A model generated the notes under the pieces. That model was not told where the DNA came from. It ran no database searches and saw only the letters and a list, made by a program, of their open reading frames with translations. Position numbers and translations under genes: made by a program. From Candidatus Poribacteria bacterium (GTDB lineage: Bacteria > Poribacteria > WGA-4E > JAJDTR01): 64,000 nucleotides of DNA. Location of the stretch: contig CBDCTK010000002.1 in assembly GCA_965222225.1 (NCBI GenBank), forward strand, positions 4,160,001-4,224,000, given 5' to 3'. Below are positions 61,545 to 64,000 of this stretch, one piece after another. The first letter of the stretch is position 1, and each line of letters starts with the position of its first letter.

Positions 61545-62768
61545 TTAGGTCTTATCGTTATCTTGCAACGATTTTGCGGCGAAAATGGCCAAACGTAATT
61601 CTTCTCCAAAGAGTTCATATAGAGGGGTTTTGCCGCTGAGCGCCTTGCTTTCATTGAGAATAATTCCGACCCCCTCACCCCTACGCTCCAGAAAGTGTCG
61701 CCTTGCTACATGTTTCTTCATATTATCGTCTAGCGTAGTTTCTGACAGTAGGCGAGCGAGCAGTTCGTTACGCGTCGCTTGGTTGTAGGGCAAATCGTCC
61801 ACCGTTAAGCTATTTGCCAATGCACCCGGCGAATAGAGTTCTAGCCGGTCCGTGAACATAAACAGGCGAATTTTCGATCCGGCTTTTGAATAATCTCTAT
61901 GTACAACTGCATTAACCAGTGCCTCAAAAACAGCTCTCATGCTGTATTGCGATCGTTCTATTCTGCCAATCTCCTTGCGAGCGGAGACTTGGTTATATCT
62001 TTCAACAAATTTGAATGCATCCACAATCTGGCGATCCAGCGGTCCCCTAAAATCCTTAGCATCAATCTGGTAGTTCGCATCCTTTTCCACGCCATTGTAA
62101 AATACGGCTTGAATGAAACTGTTATAGAGGTAATCGTCGGGGCTATCATGACACATCAACAGACCGGCTACCGAGGCGCGGTATTCATGACCATCTTTGA
62201 CCAGCAATCGTCTTTTAAGTAGTAAATCTTCTATCTTCTCACGATCAGCCGCATCCTCTGTGATAAATCGCTGATACAGCTTTTCCCTTAATGTTTCTTT
62301 GCGAGTGTTCGGGACAAACTGCTCATCAAAAGAGATTCTATGTGCTTGTGATCGGCTTTGTAACAATCGCGCCAACTGCTCGGTGGCCATCTCTCTTTTA
62401 CTGCTGCCTTGGCGGATGAAATAACCGTTAGATGATTTATGAACAAACGGGCTCCGAGGCACTTCGATTTTTAAGAGATTTTTATTATCAACTTGCAGTT
62501 TTTCTGTAACAATGTGAACCATAGGGTCAATGTTGTCTCCGCATATTTCAACTGCTGTTTTCTCTGTCCTATCAAGATTCTGGCGGTCAATACCGACAAT
62601 TTCACTATCATCGTCAACGCCGATTAGTATCACGCCACCGTTCGCGTTGGCAAACGCAGCGATTTCATCGCCGAGACTCTCTCTGTGATGCAACTCTCTT
62701 TTGAATTCAATCGTTGAGTCTTCTCCCAGATATATTTTTTCAATGAGGTCGGTCAGACTGTCGAACAT
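61545..62768 (-). CDS. AlbA_2/Schlafen DNA-binding domain + RecG-C-like ATP-binding protein
   Basis: GEDSTIEFK, IAAFANANGG.I.IGV.D, EALVNAVVHRDY, SPG.L, ERRGEG. Confidence 0.9.
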   Translation of the reverse strand: MFDSLTDLIEKIYLGEDSTIEFKRELHHRESLGDEIAAFANANGGVILIGVDDDSEIVGIDRQNLDRTEKTAVEICGDNIDPMVHIVTEKLQVDNKNLLKIEVPRSPFVHKSSNGYFIRQGSSKREMATEQLARLLQSRSQAHRISFDEQFVPNTRKETLREKLYQRFITEDAADREKIEDLLLKRRLLVKDGHEYRASVAGLLMCHDSPDDYLYNSFIQAVFYNGVEKDANYQIDAKDFRGPLDRQIVDAFKFVERYNQVSARKEIGRIERSQYSMRAVFEALVNAVVHRDYSKAGSKIRLFMFTDRLELYSPGALANSLTVDDLPYNQATRNELLARLLSETTLDDNMKKHVARRHFLERRGEGVGIILNESKALSGKTPLYELFGEELRLAIFAAKSLQDNDKT

Positions 62769-62913
62769 CGCTCATTCTCCAGATGAATACGCTATTATCT
62801 GCATCACGGATTGGCGGGGATTCCATCCTCGATTCGAAATCGGAATTACTGGGCGCTGCATTCTCAGAAATTGCATTGATTGGATTGGTTAGGACACTGG
62901 TGCTGCCTTCGCG

Positions 62914-63330
62914 TTACCTAGGCGCATCAAATATGAGAAAGACAAAGACGATGAAGGCAATTTCGATTAGGTAGAAGATAACGAACGTGACAGAGAAAAT
63001 TGCCGATACCCAGCTACATTTTGGTTTGTCTTTGTGTTTGAGAAGATCCATCTTAAAGTCGGTATCGGATTGGACTCTGACCTCGTCGTATACTTTTCGA
63101 AATAGCCTTTCTTGCCAAAGGAAATATCCGTTCAAGATCCAAAAGCCCATAACGGGGAGAATCAACGCCAAAGCAAAATAGGGATTCTCAACCTCGTGTT
63201 TAGGGATCAACACCATGGCTGCCACAATAATTATCATGCTCCAACTTTTTACCAAGAAACTGTTTCTTCCTAATCGGTTTATGACAGAATGGGTTATTTT
63301 CAAATTCTCGACTGCCTTTTCAGTGCAGTT
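62914..63330 (-). CDS. Multi-TM protein of the INR..NSF..K.W family (TIR-associated by recall), possibly degenerate
   Basis: VINRLGRNSFLVKSW, FWILNGYFLWQERLFR.VYD. The expected start behind GGAG reads ACG (63330), with TTG at 63303 as an alternative. Confidence 0.65.
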   Translation of the reverse strand, partial: NCTEKAVENLKITHSVINRLGRNSFLVKSWSMIIIVAAMVLIPKHEVENPYFALALILPVMGFWILNGYFLWQERLFRKVYDEVRVQSDTDFKMDLLKHKDKPKCSWVSAIFSVTFVIFYLIEIAFIVFVFLIFDAPR

Positions 63331-63796
63331 CGTGGTTTTTTACTCCAGTATCAAGTTTAGAAGCTGGCGATATATCGGGCTAGTTCATTCTCAGTTTATT
63401 TCCTAGTGTAATCCTTGGCTCGACTTTTTTGCATTCAGCAAGTTTAACAGACCGTGTAGATCAAACCATTCAGAATAACGGGTGAGATTTTAGCAATTTG
63501 GTCTGTTTTGCCGACCATTGAGAAAGTCTACCCTGTGGACGCGAATGCCTGTTTCACCCACCGCGGTGTATCGGGAAAGGTCGCCGGTGGTTTTTCGAAC
63601 AGCCTTTCACCTATCAGGACATACTATCGCCTACGTCGTCCATTCGGTTAATTGGTCGTTTGAAGTTATTTGATTACTACCCATTTAGTCGCTTGATCGC
63701 CATTCACTCCTTTAATCTCATGCTACAAATGTACAAAGTCGATCTTAGGATTTGCCCGACATGCTAAGTTTGGAAAAGCACCGGGCAGGGAGCGGA

Positions 63797-64000
63797 TTAG
63801 TTGTTGGACGAGGTTTCCAAGGCTTTTGTGTGCCCGTTCGTGCCCGGAATCAGCGCTGCCACTTCATCTCCGTCTTCGTTGCCAGGATGGGCAAGAGACG
63901 GGTGATTCCCACCCCCAAATTGTGCGAGGATTCCGCGGAGTTGCGTAATCGCGGTTGCAATATCGGGTGAGTCAATACGCTCGAGTGCGAACGTACTCAG
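63797..64000 (-). CDS. 3' end of an unidentified gene running in from the right edge
   Basis: Open frame LSTFALERIDSPDIATAITQLRGILAQF...SSNN* from the window edge. Confidence 0.5.
   Translation of the reverse strand: MSTFALERIDSPDIATAITQLRGILAQFGGGNHPSLAHPGNEDGDEVAALIPGTNGHTKALETSSNN

Noticed and set aside
63420-63660. Possible IS end (TTTTTCGAACAGCCT) and hairpins
   Set aside because: No matching second end or transposase fragment could be established.

Overview
Bacterial chromosomal window. Gene content resembles Candidatus Poribacteria or a similar sponge symbiont: LRR+dockerin protein, 'LPEGAKARLGKG'-type WD40, ECF-sigma/WD40 fusion, five PhyH dioxygenases, SMP-30 lactonases. The taxon is an inference. 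Layout: (1) 1-10.6 kb is an accessory region with the end of a probable SIR2/DUF4020 defence gene, a Cre-like tyrosine recombinase, a convergent-promoter antisense module, and an isolated terminase pair behind a perfect sigma70 promoter, structured leader and terminator, with no other phage genes. (2) 10.8-54 kb is a metabolic block: sugar ABC transporter, heterodimeric ABC exporter, double-VWA protein, MoaB, ECF sigma plus two tandem B12 radical-SAM genes plus ECF transporter, BamA/TamA, an IS1 element and a PhyH cluster. (3) 54-64 kb is a cassette-like defence island: PLD-SNF2 helicase, TIR, AAA ATPase, RelE TA, AlbA_2, TM protein. The most unusual signal is a 36-37 nt element (consensus about (G)ATCAAGCGAGTGAATAGCGACTGCGATAGAGATCCC) at about a dozen loci. 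It sits inside REP-like hairpins, inside an IS5-type MITE and recursively inside itself, with no obvious target duplication, and both empty and filled sites are visible in this window. Many pseudogenes are present, two caused by perfect 10-11 bp tandem duplications. No rRNA, tRNA or CRISPR array was recognised. All family calls are from motif recognition by eye, not database searches.
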